In this document: one piece after another, positions 24,231 through 33,047 of the stretch
Layout: each line of letters opens with the position of its first letter
How positions within the stretch are numbered: the first letter of the stretch is position 1
Virus record (IMG/VR): IMGVR_UViG_3300031706_000021
Coordinates: 1-33,047 of that record
Origin: a virus
Lineage: Duplodnaviria; Caudoviricetes
Direction: 5' to 3' (one strand)
Length of the DNA stretch: 33,047 nucleotides
Program-made: the position numbers and the translations under genes
The notes under the pieces: generated by a model
Seen by the model: only the letters and a program-made list of their open reading frames with translations
The model's database searches: none
Told to the model about the DNA's origin: nothing

Positions 24231-24650
24231 TTATGCTTGAGATGCCCAGATTCCAACTCCGCCGCTCACGTACCACTCAGTCAAAGCCACCGCTTTAATT
24301 GTGACAAAGTCGCCTTTGTTAGCAGTTGCTTTAGTGTTGATGAAATCTTTGTTTACAACACCGCTAGCCACTACGTCCGCCGCTGCGTTTGCAATAGTTC
24401 CGTGGAACGCATCCGCTGCGTCAGGGGATAGGGTAATAATATTGTTCCCATCCGCTCCGGTGTTTCTGAATGTATATTCAGCACCTATGTTGTGAGCTTC
24501 AATTTTTGGAAGCGCTACGCTCAATGCGTCCGTTGCAACATTGTATTCCTCACCAGCTCCATTTGAATCTACTGATCCGGAAACTGTGATCATATTTTGC
24601 TTTGAGCGAGCTCTCAGCACATCATTTGATGTATATTTTAAATCTGACAT
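24231..24650 (-). CDS. Putative capsid decoration protein
   Basis: 139 aa, beta-rich, VALP...GAEYTF...KGDFVTI...WYV.GG.GIW; between scaffold and capsid genes. Confidence 0.6.
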   Translation of the reverse strand: MSDLKYTSNDVLRARSKQNMITVSGSVDSNGAGEEYNVATDALSVALPKIEAHNIGAEYTFRNTGADGNNIITLSPDAADAFHGTIANAAADVVASGVVNKDFINTKATANKGDFVTIKAVALTEWYVSGGVGIWASQA

Positions 24651-24662
24651 TTTTTTTAGTTT

Positions 24663-25241
24663 TTAGTTTTTGTAAATCATTTGTCGTATTCTCTGCAATT
24701 GAGAGCTTACATTGTCATTGTGATGACTTCTATGGGATGACAAAGCCTCTGGGTTGTGTGCTATGGGCTCAACTACTTCTGAACTCATTTCAACCTCTTC
24801 AACTTTTTCAACCTCTTTAGGGGCGTCCTCTTTGCTTAGATCTTCTTTTTCGAGAATTGATTTCATTTCCTCGATCATGGCTTTCACTTCTTCAAGCTCT
24901 TCCTTTGTTGCGTATTCTTTTTCGTCTGCCGCTTCGACTTCTTCTTCTGGAGCTTCTTCTTTTGGAGCTTCCTCTGCTGAATCTGCGTCTTTGATTTCTC
25001 CAATGACACCCTCACTATAAATGCATAGAATTCTAGAATCCTCAAGAAGATACTCTCCTTCGGGCATTGGAATAGCTTCCCCGTCTTCGCTTTTAATAAA
25101 TATCTCTGAATCTTTTTCAAGGCTTTCAAATTCTATCTCGGTCCCATTTTCAAGCTTCATGCTTGCCAATTGGACCTTTTCCTCCGACATCTCGATTCCG
25201 AGAACGTCTTTGATTTGGTTTACAATTTCGATTGCTTTCAT
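24663..25241 (-). CDS. Capsid scaffolding protein
   Basis: Very acidic, coiled-coil-like 192 aa with basic C-terminal helix; between protease and capsid genes. Confidence 0.75.
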   Translation of the reverse strand: MKAIEIVNQIKDVLGIEMSEEKVQLASMKLENGTEIEFESLEKDSEIFIKSEDGEAIPMPEGEYLLEDSRILCIYSEGVIGEIKDADSAEEAPKEEAPEEEVEAADEKEYATKEELEEVKAMIEEMKSILEKEDLSKEDAPKEVEKVEEVEMSSEVVEPIAHNPEALSSHRSHHNDNVSSQLQRIRQMIYKN

Positions 25242-25266
25242 TTTTTAAAATTTGTTATATCTATAT

Positions 25267-25292
25267 AACGAATCAGGAAATCGATTTGGGTC
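25267..25292 (-). promoter_or_regulatory. Candidate late promoter, copy 2
   Basis: Identical to 1738..1763; 25 nt upstream of the scaffold ATG. Confidence 0.75.
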
Positions 25293-25308
25293 ATATTTTA
25301 TGAACTTT

Positions 25309-25449
25309 TTACACTTTTCCCACCCCTTGGGCCTGCATTTGTCCAGTGCAACACTTAGGGTGATATTTCTTTTTATCTTTACATAAACAGCCCCTGTTCC
25401 CTCCCTTGGGTGTTAACCTGGACATGGACTCATATTTTTTATTCGACAT
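25309..25449 (-). CDS. Small basic Cys-rich protein (46 aa, ...PKGGNRGCLCKDKKKYHPKCCTGQMQAQGVGKV)
   Basis: Manually translated; overlaps the protease stop; CxC...CC motif. Confidence 0.7.
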   Translation of the reverse strand: MSNKKYESMSRLTPKGGNRGCLCKDKKKYHPKCCTGQMQAQGVGKV

Positions 25450-26041
25450 CTTTCAATATTTTAGTGATTGATTTAATAAAGTCCTGGGCTGCCGTTTCTT
25501 CTTTTAAGGTCTTGTCTTTTGGCCTCGATGACATACGGTCCGAAAAAAATGCCTCAATACTAAAACCGGAGATTTGATTTTTTTTCACCCTTTCCCAAAC
25601 GTCATCATTGGAACACTTCACGGAAACCATCCAAGTCCCAACAGGAACGTCAAGGCCGTAGTGCCTGCTTTTATCAACTTCACTTTCCACGATCCAACTT
25701 TCGCAAACCGTAAGGCCTTCGAGTTTTATATCATGTTCGAGCGTGCTTTCTGATTGGTTGCCGTTTATAAAAAACAACTCCGATGCTTTGCGAATGGTCT
25801 CCTTTGAAAAGAAAATGTAATAATCTTCATCTTCATTCTGACCTTTGCGGAAAATTGGCTTGTTCGGGACTAGGGCCGCACCGAGTAGCAATCTTTTTTC
25901 TTTGTCTTGTTCGGCGAATTTAAACTCCTGGCTTTTTAAGGCGATGAATCGTTCCTCAGTGGCTGGGTTTGAGACTACCGAAATAGCGGTTATGCCCATG
26001 TCTTCACCATTTTCATCCAATACTAGTTCTACTATTTTCAT
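25439..26041 (-). CDS. Prohead protease (XkdF-like serine protease)
   Basis: AISVVSNPA, KRLLLGAALVPNK, TLEH, ESWIVE, PVGTWMVSVK, GFSIEA. Confidence 0.88.
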   Translation of the reverse strand: MKIVELVLDENGEDMGITAISVVSNPATEERFIALKSQEFKFAEQDKEKRLLLGAALVPNKPIFRKGQNEDEDYYIFFSKETIRKASELFFINGNQSESTLEHDIKLEGLTVCESWIVESEVDKSRHYGLDVPVGTWMVSVKCSNDDVWERVKKNQISGFSIEAFFSDRMSSRPKDKTLKEETAAQDFIKSITKILKDVE

Positions 26042-26052
26042 GTTTTTTTATT

Positions 26053-27753
26053 TTATCCTATTGATGCACTTTCTATTATTCCACGATCTAAAGCCTGACC
26101 GGTTGAAACGTCACCGCTTACAACATAAGCCCGTGTTGGTGTTTTATCTTGGCCGTTTATGGCTTGAGCGATTTGACTCCCTTGAGAGCTTCCCACAACA
26201 TTAAACGCAGGTGGAGCAGAGGCCGAAGCTGAGACCCTTGGCATTGATACATTTCCACCGCCACCGCCGCCAACTCCTTTTGTTGTTCCTTTAGCCGCTT
26301 TAACTGCTGACTTAATAGCTGAGAATATCCCAACCGCTTGACCTGCAAAAGCTAATAAAAGAGGAATGTTTTGTGGAAAACCTGCCGCCGCTGTTTTGGC
26401 GAAACCTGCTGAAGTATCAACCCCAGCCTCTGCGGCTTTCATTGTAATCTTTTGAATAGTTTCTTTAGCTGCTGCAATCTGTTCTTTTATTCTCATTGCC
26501 TGCTTTGCTATAAATAAAGCCTTCCCGATTGCGGATTCTTTTCCGGCGATACTTATTATAGCGTTAAGGTTTTCGTACATGGCCGCACGCTCTGCCGCCT
26601 TTCGGGCTAACTCTTTTTTGTGTCGGTCAACATTGTCTTTTTCTTTTTGTTCTTCTTGATCTTTTAATGTCTGTTTATCTTCTGCATCTTTGTCTTGAAT
26701 GGCCTGCAAGCCGTCTAAGCGTTCTTTTTCTAGGGCGTTTGTGTTTGTTAGTTGTTCCGCTCTAAAGCCCGTCACAGCCGCCTCAACGTCTGCAATCTCT
26801 CGTTTTTTGTCTATTACTGCGATTTGAAGATCAAGGTTTTCCTTATCTAAAGCAAGGGCCGCCTCTGCTGCGTTAAGCTGCGTTTGAGCGTTTGACTTCA
26901 TGGCTTTCTCTTGTCTGTCTAAAACAAGACCCAGCTCTTTGTTGGCTGCAATCCTTTCGTCTATTCCAAGGGTGACGTCATCTCTGATTGCTCTTTGGAG
27001 TTCCGCTTCTTTATCGTATTGCTGAAGTAGTAAAGCATTTTGAGCCTCTGCGAGTTTAGATTGTTTGTTTAATTGGGTTAGGCTTGCCGCTGCCTTTAAT
27101 GTGTTTGATGAATAATCTGAAATTGATTTTGATGCTTTGACTGCTGTATCTGCTATTTTATCAAATGATCCATCGACTCCGGTCACTGTGTCGACTAATT
27201 CTTTGCCTCCCATTTTAGCGGCCTCAATTGCTCCGGTCCAATCGTTGTTGATTGCCTTTTTGATTGCAGTTGCAAAAAACCCAAATGCCTCAATGCTGCT
27301 TTTGATTCGCTCAATAAAATTCTTTTGTATTGCTTTGCCTAAATTTTTGATAGACTGCAAAGGGTCGTTAAATATTGCTTTAAATGAGCTTACAATCCCC
27401 CCAACATTAGCCTGGATAAACCCAAAGAAATCATTAAATACAATTTGCAGGGCGTTCATGCTACTGTCTAAAGCATCAACCACTTTCTGGTTGCCTCTAA
27501 AAAGTTCAATTACTTTCTCTAGGATAATAGACCCCAGTTTGAAAGCTCCACCAGTAAGGACAGCACCAACACCGGTGAACGCTTTACCTAAGCCCTGGAC
27601 TCCTTTACTGGTTTTCTTGGCCTCGTCTTCAAGTTTTTTCATTGAGGCCGAAGCCTCTTGTTTAATTTGAGACAGCTCCGTTGTGACATCTTCAAGATCC
27701 TTTCTAAGTTTTCCGAACTCAGCTTTTAAATCAATTGTTATTTGTTCAGCCAT
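26053..27753 (-). CDS. Tape measure protein
   Basis: 566 aa, Ala-rich helical/coiled coil with hydrophobic segments; C-terminal PPAFNVVG...RAYVVSGDVSTGQALDR. Confidence 0.8.
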   Translation of the reverse strand: MAEQITIDLKAEFGKLRKDLEDVTTELSQIKQEASASMKKLEDEAKKTSKGVQGLGKAFTGVGAVLTGGAFKLGSIILEKVIELFRGNQKVVDALDSSMNALQIVFNDFFGFIQANVGGIVSSFKAIFNDPLQSIKNLGKAIQKNFIERIKSSIEAFGFFATAIKKAINNDWTGAIEAAKMGGKELVDTVTGVDGSFDKIADTAVKASKSISDYSSNTLKAAASLTQLNKQSKLAEAQNALLLQQYDKEAELQRAIRDDVTLGIDERIAANKELGLVLDRQEKAMKSNAQTQLNAAEAALALDKENLDLQIAVIDKKREIADVEAAVTGFRAEQLTNTNALEKERLDGLQAIQDKDAEDKQTLKDQEEQKEKDNVDRHKKELARKAAERAAMYENLNAIISIAGKESAIGKALFIAKQAMRIKEQIAAAKETIQKITMKAAEAGVDTSAGFAKTAAAGFPQNIPLLLAFAGQAVGIFSAIKSAVKAAKGTTKGVGGGGGGNVSMPRVSASASAPPAFNVVGSSQGSQIAQAINGQDKTPTRAYVVSGDVSTGQALDRGIIESASIG

Positions 27754-27889
27754 TTTTTAATAGTGTTAATTTTACCATTTCCTTAAAACTTTCAGGAATC
27801 TTGTTTTTGCCTAAAGCAACATCGATATGCTCGCCTTTTATTTTGTTTTCTGATGCTATCTCTAGCAGTTCAATGATCTGTTTTATCAT
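27746..27889 (-). CDS. Small hypothetical protein (47 aa, MIKQIIELLEIAS...IDVALGKNKIPESFKE...)
   Basis: Manually translated; ATGA coupling upstream and overlap with the tape measure start. Confidence 0.65.
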   Translation of the reverse strand: MIKQIIELLEIASENKIKGEHIDVALGKNKIPESFKEMVKLTLLKNG

Positions 27890-30051
27890 ATAATATCAAT
27901 TGAGGTGTCTATTGTGATTCTGGTGCTGTCTATTGTGGCTAAAGTCATATCAATAGTAAGGGCCAAATCATTGTCATTATTTACTGCCTTGAGATTTGAA
28001 ACAACATTTATCAGTTCTAGCTCCGAAAGGCCAGTTTCAAAGTTTGTTGTTATAGAATTAATCTTGTAAATGTTTTCAAACACAATGATTTTATCCTGAA
28101 GCTTTAAGTTTAATATGATGCTTATAGGTAAATAAGCTTTAAACTTTGTTAGGCGTCTGCTTAGGCTAAAGGTTTCAACTATATAGTTTTTATAGTACTG
28201 ATTAAAGAGTGTTTTATCGAAAACGCCTCCAGTGTATTCGTTTGGCTCGGCTGCAAAGTTTAAATTTTTAGAGTCCGTTAATGCAATTGAATTTGATGGG
28301 ACGTAATAATTAGAAAGGGATTGCTTTGTCGAGGCAGTTGGAAGGACCGAAATATTGTTTCCGGTGTTTTTAATCGGATAAAACAAAAGAGGCTTTCCAA
28401 TTAAACTGTTTTTGTCTTTATCTACCGACCAGCCCCATTGTACCGATGTAGCTGTGGAACCATTGTAAAGGCGTTCATATTTCTGATGCTCAAAAGGAAG
28501 TTTGACAGTGTAAACACTACCGTCATATTTTGCTCCTGCATTATACTGCTCACGACCCCAATCTTTATAAAACCGTGCTAAGTGGTCCGCTGCTAAAAAT
28601 GTGCTAGTTCCCTCATATTTAAAATCGATTTCTTTAAATGGGAGTAATGCCTCGACCTGACTGGACTTTTTATCAAGGTGCTCAGTAATATTGTAAGTTT
28701 GTGTACTACTCTGATAGTAAGAATCTAAAGTCATGACCTTGATCTCTTCTGTTAATTCATCATAATACGCTGTTAAATTGAACATTTTAAAAAGGCCCGT
28801 TAATAGGTCTAAAACACCAATGTCGGGAACTTGATTCCCAGTAATAAAGTTAAATTCAGATGCTACATTGCAGGACCCTGCAAACGAAATGACATCTCTG
28901 TCCTGGTCGCCTCTTAATCTTTTAACTACTCCTGTTAAATTGTAGCTTGACACTGTTGCGGAACTGATCTCAAACTGAAAGGTGCCAGCTCCGATGTCAG
29001 GAATTTCGTCATTCGTTAAAACTGTTTGAGTGCCTGAAAGGTTTTCCTTTCTTAAATAGATCACTCCATTTCTGTACATTGTGAAAGTGTATCCGCTCGA
29101 GGATGTTTCAATCCTTAAATTCATTCTATAGTCAAAAATCTGGGCCTGTGTTCCAAGGGATATATCAGAAGCCGAAAAGCCCATCCCTGCAATTGCTGGA
29201 GCGTTTACTGAGCTGAAGCTTGGGACCATGTTATTAAAAATAGAGGCAGAAAGTTCGCCGTCTTCTTTAACGCCTCCCTTTTTCTTATGCAGCCACAAAT
29301 AAAGATTATAATAATCTAGGTTTGTTTTATTGAAAAAGTCGGTGCTAAACTTTATACTTTTAAAAACATCGTTTGGCCTTGTCGCTGTGTTGTAATAGTT
29401 TTCAATTGCTTTGATTATTACGTGAATCCTTACAGCCGGCTTCAGCTGGTCGTATAAAACGCCGTGAACGTTAGACCCATAATTGAGATTAAAACTCCCT
29501 GTGGTGTCCTCATTTGAATTGTAGTACAGTCGATCGGTGTGAGTTATTAGCGGCACAATAATAGCGTCGTCGATTTCCTCTCCTAGATAAACATCCTTTC
29601 CGTCTTGTAGGTAGTTTATTATATTAGTTGAATTGTAGTTAAATTGTAGCTGTTCCTTTGATAGAAAATCTAAAGTGCTGAGTTTATCATTTCCGATAAC
29701 ATCTTTTAGGTTGATCGTGTTGCCGTAAAAGGTAATTTTATACGTGTTCCCTTTGTTATTGTTTAGGTCGGCACTCTCTAGCTTAATTTTTCCCTTTTTA
29801 AAAAGCTTATAATTCAAATGGATCTCAGCTTCCTTTTTTGTTCGGCCGTCAAATCCTTGAATTGAGCTATTATAAAAGTGTTTAAACACTTTATTATTCT
29901 GCTTCGAACATGGCAGAGAAAATGAACGGCTATAGTCTGCAAATATTTTAGAGAAATCTTTAACATTTTGAATGGTCTGAGTAAGTGAAACACTTTCATC
30001 CTTAAACATTTCAACCTGTTCGCCTTCTATATATAATTGGATGCCAATCAT
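27886..30051 (-). CDS. Tail tip / baseplate hub-like protein
   Basis: 721 aa; FADYSRSFSLP.SKQNNKVFKHFY, GLFKMFNL, YKINSITTNF.TG.SELEL. Confidence 0.7.
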   Translation of the reverse strand: MIGIQLYIEGEQVEMFKDESVSLTQTIQNVKDFSKIFADYSRSFSLPCSKQNNKVFKHFYNSSIQGFDGRTKKEAEIHLNYKLFKKGKIKLESADLNNNKGNTYKITFYGNTINLKDVIGNDKLSTLDFLSKEQLQFNYNSTNIINYLQDGKDVYLGEEIDDAIIVPLITHTDRLYYNSNEDTTGSFNLNYGSNVHGVLYDQLKPAVRIHVIIKAIENYYNTATRPNDVFKSIKFSTDFFNKTNLDYYNLYLWLHKKKGGVKEDGELSASIFNNMVPSFSSVNAPAIAGMGFSASDISLGTQAQIFDYRMNLRIETSSSGYTFTMYRNGVIYLRKENLSGTQTVLTNDEIPDIGAGTFQFEISSATVSSYNLTGVVKRLRGDQDRDVISFAGSCNVASEFNFITGNQVPDIGVLDLLTGLFKMFNLTAYYDELTEEIKVMTLDSYYQSSTQTYNITEHLDKKSSQVEALLPFKEIDFKYEGTSTFLAADHLARFYKDWGREQYNAGAKYDGSVYTVKLPFEHQKYERLYNGSTATSVQWGWSVDKDKNSLIGKPLLFYPIKNTGNNISVLPTASTKQSLSNYYVPSNSIALTDSKNLNFAAEPNEYTGGVFDKTLFNQYYKNYIVETFSLSRRLTKFKAYLPISIILNLKLQDKIIVFENIYKINSITTNFETGLSELELINVVSNLKAVNNDNDLALTIDMTLATIDSTRITIDTSIDII

Positions 30052-31043
30052 TATCTTATGTTGTTGATTTTGTCAAACGCAAAGGCAAAATCGACAGAGT
30101 GATTGATCAGATTATCATTTAATGAGTTTTTAAATGTGAACGATTTGCTGTTTGGAATTACAGAGAGGGTTTTCCCCTCGTATCTGATCCACACGTTTTC
30201 ACTTAAAAACATCTCTTCGATTGCTGAGTTGAAATCCTCAAGAACAAATCCGGTGTTTAATGTGATGGTAGTGTTTGCGTTTACATTATACCGTTCCCTT
30301 TGCCCTTTGCTAGTTGAATAGGTAAGGTTTGCGGAATCAATTATATTTCTGTTGAACGAACTATCAGAAACACTAAAGCTTTCAACAGACTTCTTGAAAA
30401 AGTAAATGTCCTCAATGGCCCCGTAATGATTTATGAAGGAACATTTAATCGGTGTGAAGGTCGGCTCACATACTTGGACAACCTTGACCGTTTTGACAAC
30501 GGTTGAGTCATTTGTTGCATATATTACAACATCATTAGTTGTGTTGGCCGGTACATTTATATACTGAATTTTTTGGTTTGAATTTCCATTGTCAGTGACC
30601 TGAGTTGTTGCTCCACCGATTACATATTTTCCAACACCCTCGGCAAAGATTGGAATCTTTCCAACCGTTCCCTCCGGAAGATAGATTGTACTTTTTGTCA
30701 TTAAGGCCCCAGTGCTTAATTGTGGATTGATGCCGTCCTCAAATTCACCATATCCATCAAAGGCCAAATAGGTGACTGGTGTTTCTGTTTGTGAAATCGG
30801 ATCGTCGTTTTCGTCATAATAACTAATTGATACAGTGACCCAAACCGTACTGGATGAATTCTGATAATTATTATTGAAATCACTAGAAATGTAATCCCTC
30901 ACAAGTTCAGCGATTTCAATTAAGATGTTTGCTCTGTTTGAAATTCGCTCCCTTTGTATTGTGTATTTTTTATCTTCAGAACTATAGCTGTCTGCTGTTC
31001 CTTTATAAATATATAAGTCTACAATTACTCTATTTAGTGCCAT
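30051..31043 (-). CDS. Tail protein (distal-tail-like)
   Basis: 330 aa; FINHYGAIEDIYF, LNTGFV, EEMFLSENVWI; coupled to the hub-like gene. Confidence 0.65.
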   Translation of the reverse strand: MALNRVIVDLYIYKGTADSYSSEDKKYTIQRERISNRANILIEIAELVRDYISSDFNNNYQNSSSTVWVTVSISYYDENDDPISQTETPVTYLAFDGYGEFEDGINPQLSTGALMTKSTIYLPEGTVGKIPIFAEGVGKYVIGGATTQVTDNGNSNQKIQYINVPANTTNDVVIYATNDSTVVKTVKVVQVCEPTFTPIKCSFINHYGAIEDIYFFKKSVESFSVSDSSFNRNIIDSANLTYSTSKGQRERYNVNANTTITLNTGFVLEDFNSAIEEMFLSENVWIRYEGKTLSVIPNSKSFTFKNSLNDNLINHSVDFAFAFDKINNIR

Positions 31044-31052
31044 GTTTAAAAA

Positions 31053-32570
31053 TTAAAGTTGAATGTCTCCTTGTGGTCCAGTGCCTGAGGTTTGACATGT
31101 TTTACTGTGTACCTCTGTGACTGTTCCGTTGTTGTTTATTCTTACAACTTTAAAGGTCATCCCTGGACCAGCCATCGGATTTTGAGTTGCTGCTGTAATT
31201 GCATAATACAAGCTCCCTCCTGGAAATTTTCCTCCACCTCTGCAAATGATTGTTCCATTTAAAGAGGATCCAATCCCATTTGATAAATTGATTGTTGTAG
31301 TTGCTATTACAGCTGGACCATAATTTCCATCACATAAAGCTCCGATTGATGAAACTCCCGACGATAAATGAGCTTCAAATGAACCACATGGATTTACTGA
31401 TGGTTCCTGTTTTATTGATAGCGTGCAACTTTTTGATCCTGCATTTGAGTAGCCACTTGGAACAGTAAAGGTGATTACTACATTTCGACCATCAAAACTC
31501 GGGGACGTGTTTGCTGGAAAATTAGTTGTGAAATTTGTGATTGCTAAATTTGTGCTTGAGAGCCTAACGTTGCCCTTTATTGTTGTACCGTTAGCCAAAA
31601 TCCTCCAGCCGCTAAAGACTAAAGTCTCGGCGTTGGTGACTGACTCTCCTGGACATGCTGCCGCTTTCAAGCCTGTACCATTTTGTACAATTGAAACTGG
31701 ACACCTACTTGATAAAACTCCAGAGTTTGAAAACCCGTTTGGGATTGTGACGTCAAAATATAAAGTGATGTTTTGGTCTGCTGTTCCTGTGTTGGCCGCT
31801 ACTGTTGTAATTGCTGACCCTCCTGCCGATGCTGCGTAAATATTTCCAACGATACCAAGACCGGTTGGTTTGACGATTGTTTGTCCGTTCTGAGAGATTG
31901 ACCCCCCAGATAATCCGGCCGTTGTACAGCTAAAAGTCGTGCAGTTGTTTATAGTGATTGTTACGTCCTGTACTGCCGTGCAACTGTCAGCGGCTTGAAA
32001 TGCTTCGACATAAATCTTTTTGGTCCCGCAGGTGCTAAGTGCCGAAAGGATCAAATTATTCCCAGAGATTGAGGCATTTATGAAACTAGGATGGTTGTTT
32101 ATTACTCTATAGCCTGAAATTGCTGAGTCAGTACCACGGTTAAACTTTCCATTGACTGCAACCGTGGCCGTCCCTGTTGAGTTGGCTAATGTCTGAGCTG
32201 AGATCGTTCCAGAAGCAGTTGGGCAATTGTCGTTTGATGAAGGGGTGTCTACAGCTGCCTGTTTGGGCTGTAAAAAAGTGACGTTACAGGCAATAGTTCC
32301 GACTAATGTATTACTAAAATTAGCTGGAATTTGTATTGTTAGTGTAAGTGTTCTATTTGTTGGCGTTCCAGTTGGTCCAATTGCTGCGAAATTGTCAACA
32401 CTTTGGCCGACAATAGTTCCTTTTGATAAGGTTGGAAGGGTAATAATACCACCACTAGAAACAACAAAGCCCGATGCTCCAGCAATTGCACAAGTAAACA
32501 ACTCGGATGGCTGTACTGGCTCAGTAAGATTTAAATAAAAGGGACTGCGGGCGTTTATTTTTGTGCTCAT
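31053..32570 (-). CDS. Cys-rich repeat virion protein (accessory adhesin-like)
   Basis: 505 aa, G/S/T/N-rich, 14 Cys, three degenerate repeats ending (I/V)PxxF/YSN...C.....Q. Confidence 0.7.
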   Translation of the reverse strand: MSTKINARSPFYLNLTEPVQPSELFTCAIAGASGFVVSSGGIITLPTLSKGTIVGQSVDNFAAIGPTGTPTNRTLTLTIQIPANFSNTLVGTIACNVTFLQPKQAAVDTPSSNDNCPTASGTISAQTLANSTGTATVAVNGKFNRGTDSAISGYRVINNHPSFINASISGNNLILSALSTCGTKKIYVEAFQAADSCTAVQDVTITINNCTTFSCTTAGLSGGSISQNGQTIVKPTGLGIVGNIYAASAGGSAITTVAANTGTADQNITLYFDVTIPNGFSNSGVLSSRCPVSIVQNGTGLKAAACPGESVTNAETLVFSGWRILANGTTIKGNVRLSSTNLAITNFTTNFPANTSPSFDGRNVVITFTVPSGYSNAGSKSCTLSIKQEPSVNPCGSFEAHLSSGVSSIGALCDGNYGPAVIATTTINLSNGIGSSLNGTIICRGGGKFPGGSLYYAITAATQNPMAGPGMTFKVVRINNNGTVTEVHSKTCQTSGTGPQGDIQL

Positions 32571-33047
32571 GAGGTTGTGAATTCTTTGAATTTATCTTTG
32601 ATGTCCAAGGCAAAAGCTTGAACTAGTTTTGGAGGGAGTTTTTTAAAGGCGTTATCAAATGACTTTGTAAAAAAGAACTTGGCCGGTATTCCTGAGAGAT
32701 ATACGCTCCTGGATATTACATATATCAAACCCTTTCTTTTTTCACCAACGCCTCTAATTCCTTTCTTGACTAGATATTTATTTATTCCGCTTTTGATGTA
32801 CCCTTTTCCAGTTCCAGATCCATACTTAAAAGGGCTTTTTGTGTTCTTGTTTCTTTGTTTACCATACCAAAGAGCACCCTTAGGAAGATCAAAAGGATCT
32901 TTCCCGGTAACACCCTGGTCAATGTATTTGGCATAGTCTACATCTTTCATAAATGGAAACTTGACTGAGATGCTGTTTTCCATTGTCTCAACCTCGTACT
33001 TAATCGAATTGTAAAGATTCCCTTTTGATGGCTTGTTGCTTTGAAAC
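32567..33047 (-). CDS. 3' part of junction-spanning neck/tail-completion-like protein
   Basis: YAKYIDQGV.G, ISRSVYLSGIPAKFFFTKSF; frame is open to the window end and joins 1..261. Confidence 0.8.
   Translation of the reverse strand, partial: FQSNKPSKGNLYNSIKYEVETMENSISVKFPFMKDVDYAKYIDQGVTGKDPFDLPKGALWYGKQRNKNTKSPFKYGSGTGKGYIKSGINKYLVKKGIRGVGEKRKGLIYVISRSVYLSGIPAKFFFTKSFDNAFKKLPPKLVQAFALDIKDKFKEFTTS
32891..33047 (+). repeat. Terminal overlap, right copy
   Basis: 156 of 157 positions identical to 1..157. Confidence 0.97.

Larger units (their letters stand above)
1..33047. mobile_element. Complete temperate tailed phage genome (siphovirus-like, probable Bacteroidota host), circularly permuted
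   Basis: Terminase, portal, capsid, tail, lysis, integrase/attP, repressor and replication genes are all present; ends overlap by 157 bp; no host housekeeping genes and no recognisable tail sheath. Confidence 0.95.

Noticed and set aside
726-32936. Many plus-strand ORFs in the track (e.g. 7808..8233, 27137..27670, 31471..31839)
   Set aside because: Antisense shadows of well-supported minus-strand genes, Ser/Leu/Phe-rich and without motifs.
1-33047. Stop-codon recoding
   Set aside because: Genes tile densely in the standard code and TAA, TAG and TGA all end genes; no suppressor tRNA seen.

Overview
The window is a complete, circularly permuted genome (about 32.9 kb unique; the first 157 bp recur at the end) of a temperate siphovirus-like phage. 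The host is most likely Bacteroidota/Flavobacteriia, based on a TTG-N19-TAnnTTTG promoter, a DUF3127-type SSB and a Bacteroidota-type tyrosine integrase. Almost all genes are on the minus strand; only the repressor is on plus. In transcription order: xis/cro, recombination and replication genes, ninG, a sigma-like factor, ParB-like protein, C5 methyltransferase, terS, terL, then a tail block crossing the sequence junction, protease, scaffold, capsid, tail tube, portal, adaptor, fibres, lysis genes and a metallophosphoesterase, ending at attP next to the integrase. Signals the ORF track does not show or explain: (1) a T10 slippery site giving a -1 frameshifted tail-chaperone extension, placed next to terL; (2) a 172-codon gene nested out of frame in the methyltransferase; (3) an exact 26-bp late-promoter candidate in front of both virion operons, plus a phage sigma-like gene; (4) a 21-22 nt inverted sequence match between an early intergenic hairpin and the ninG-sigma leader, beside a pseudoknot-capable RNA and a terminator, which may be an RNA or operator switch for late genes; (5) 11-bp-phased iterons in the replication gene; (6) attP with four arm sites and a tRNA-3'-like core; (7) about ten small unannotated ORFs. 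All family calls are from motif recognition by eye; no searches were run.
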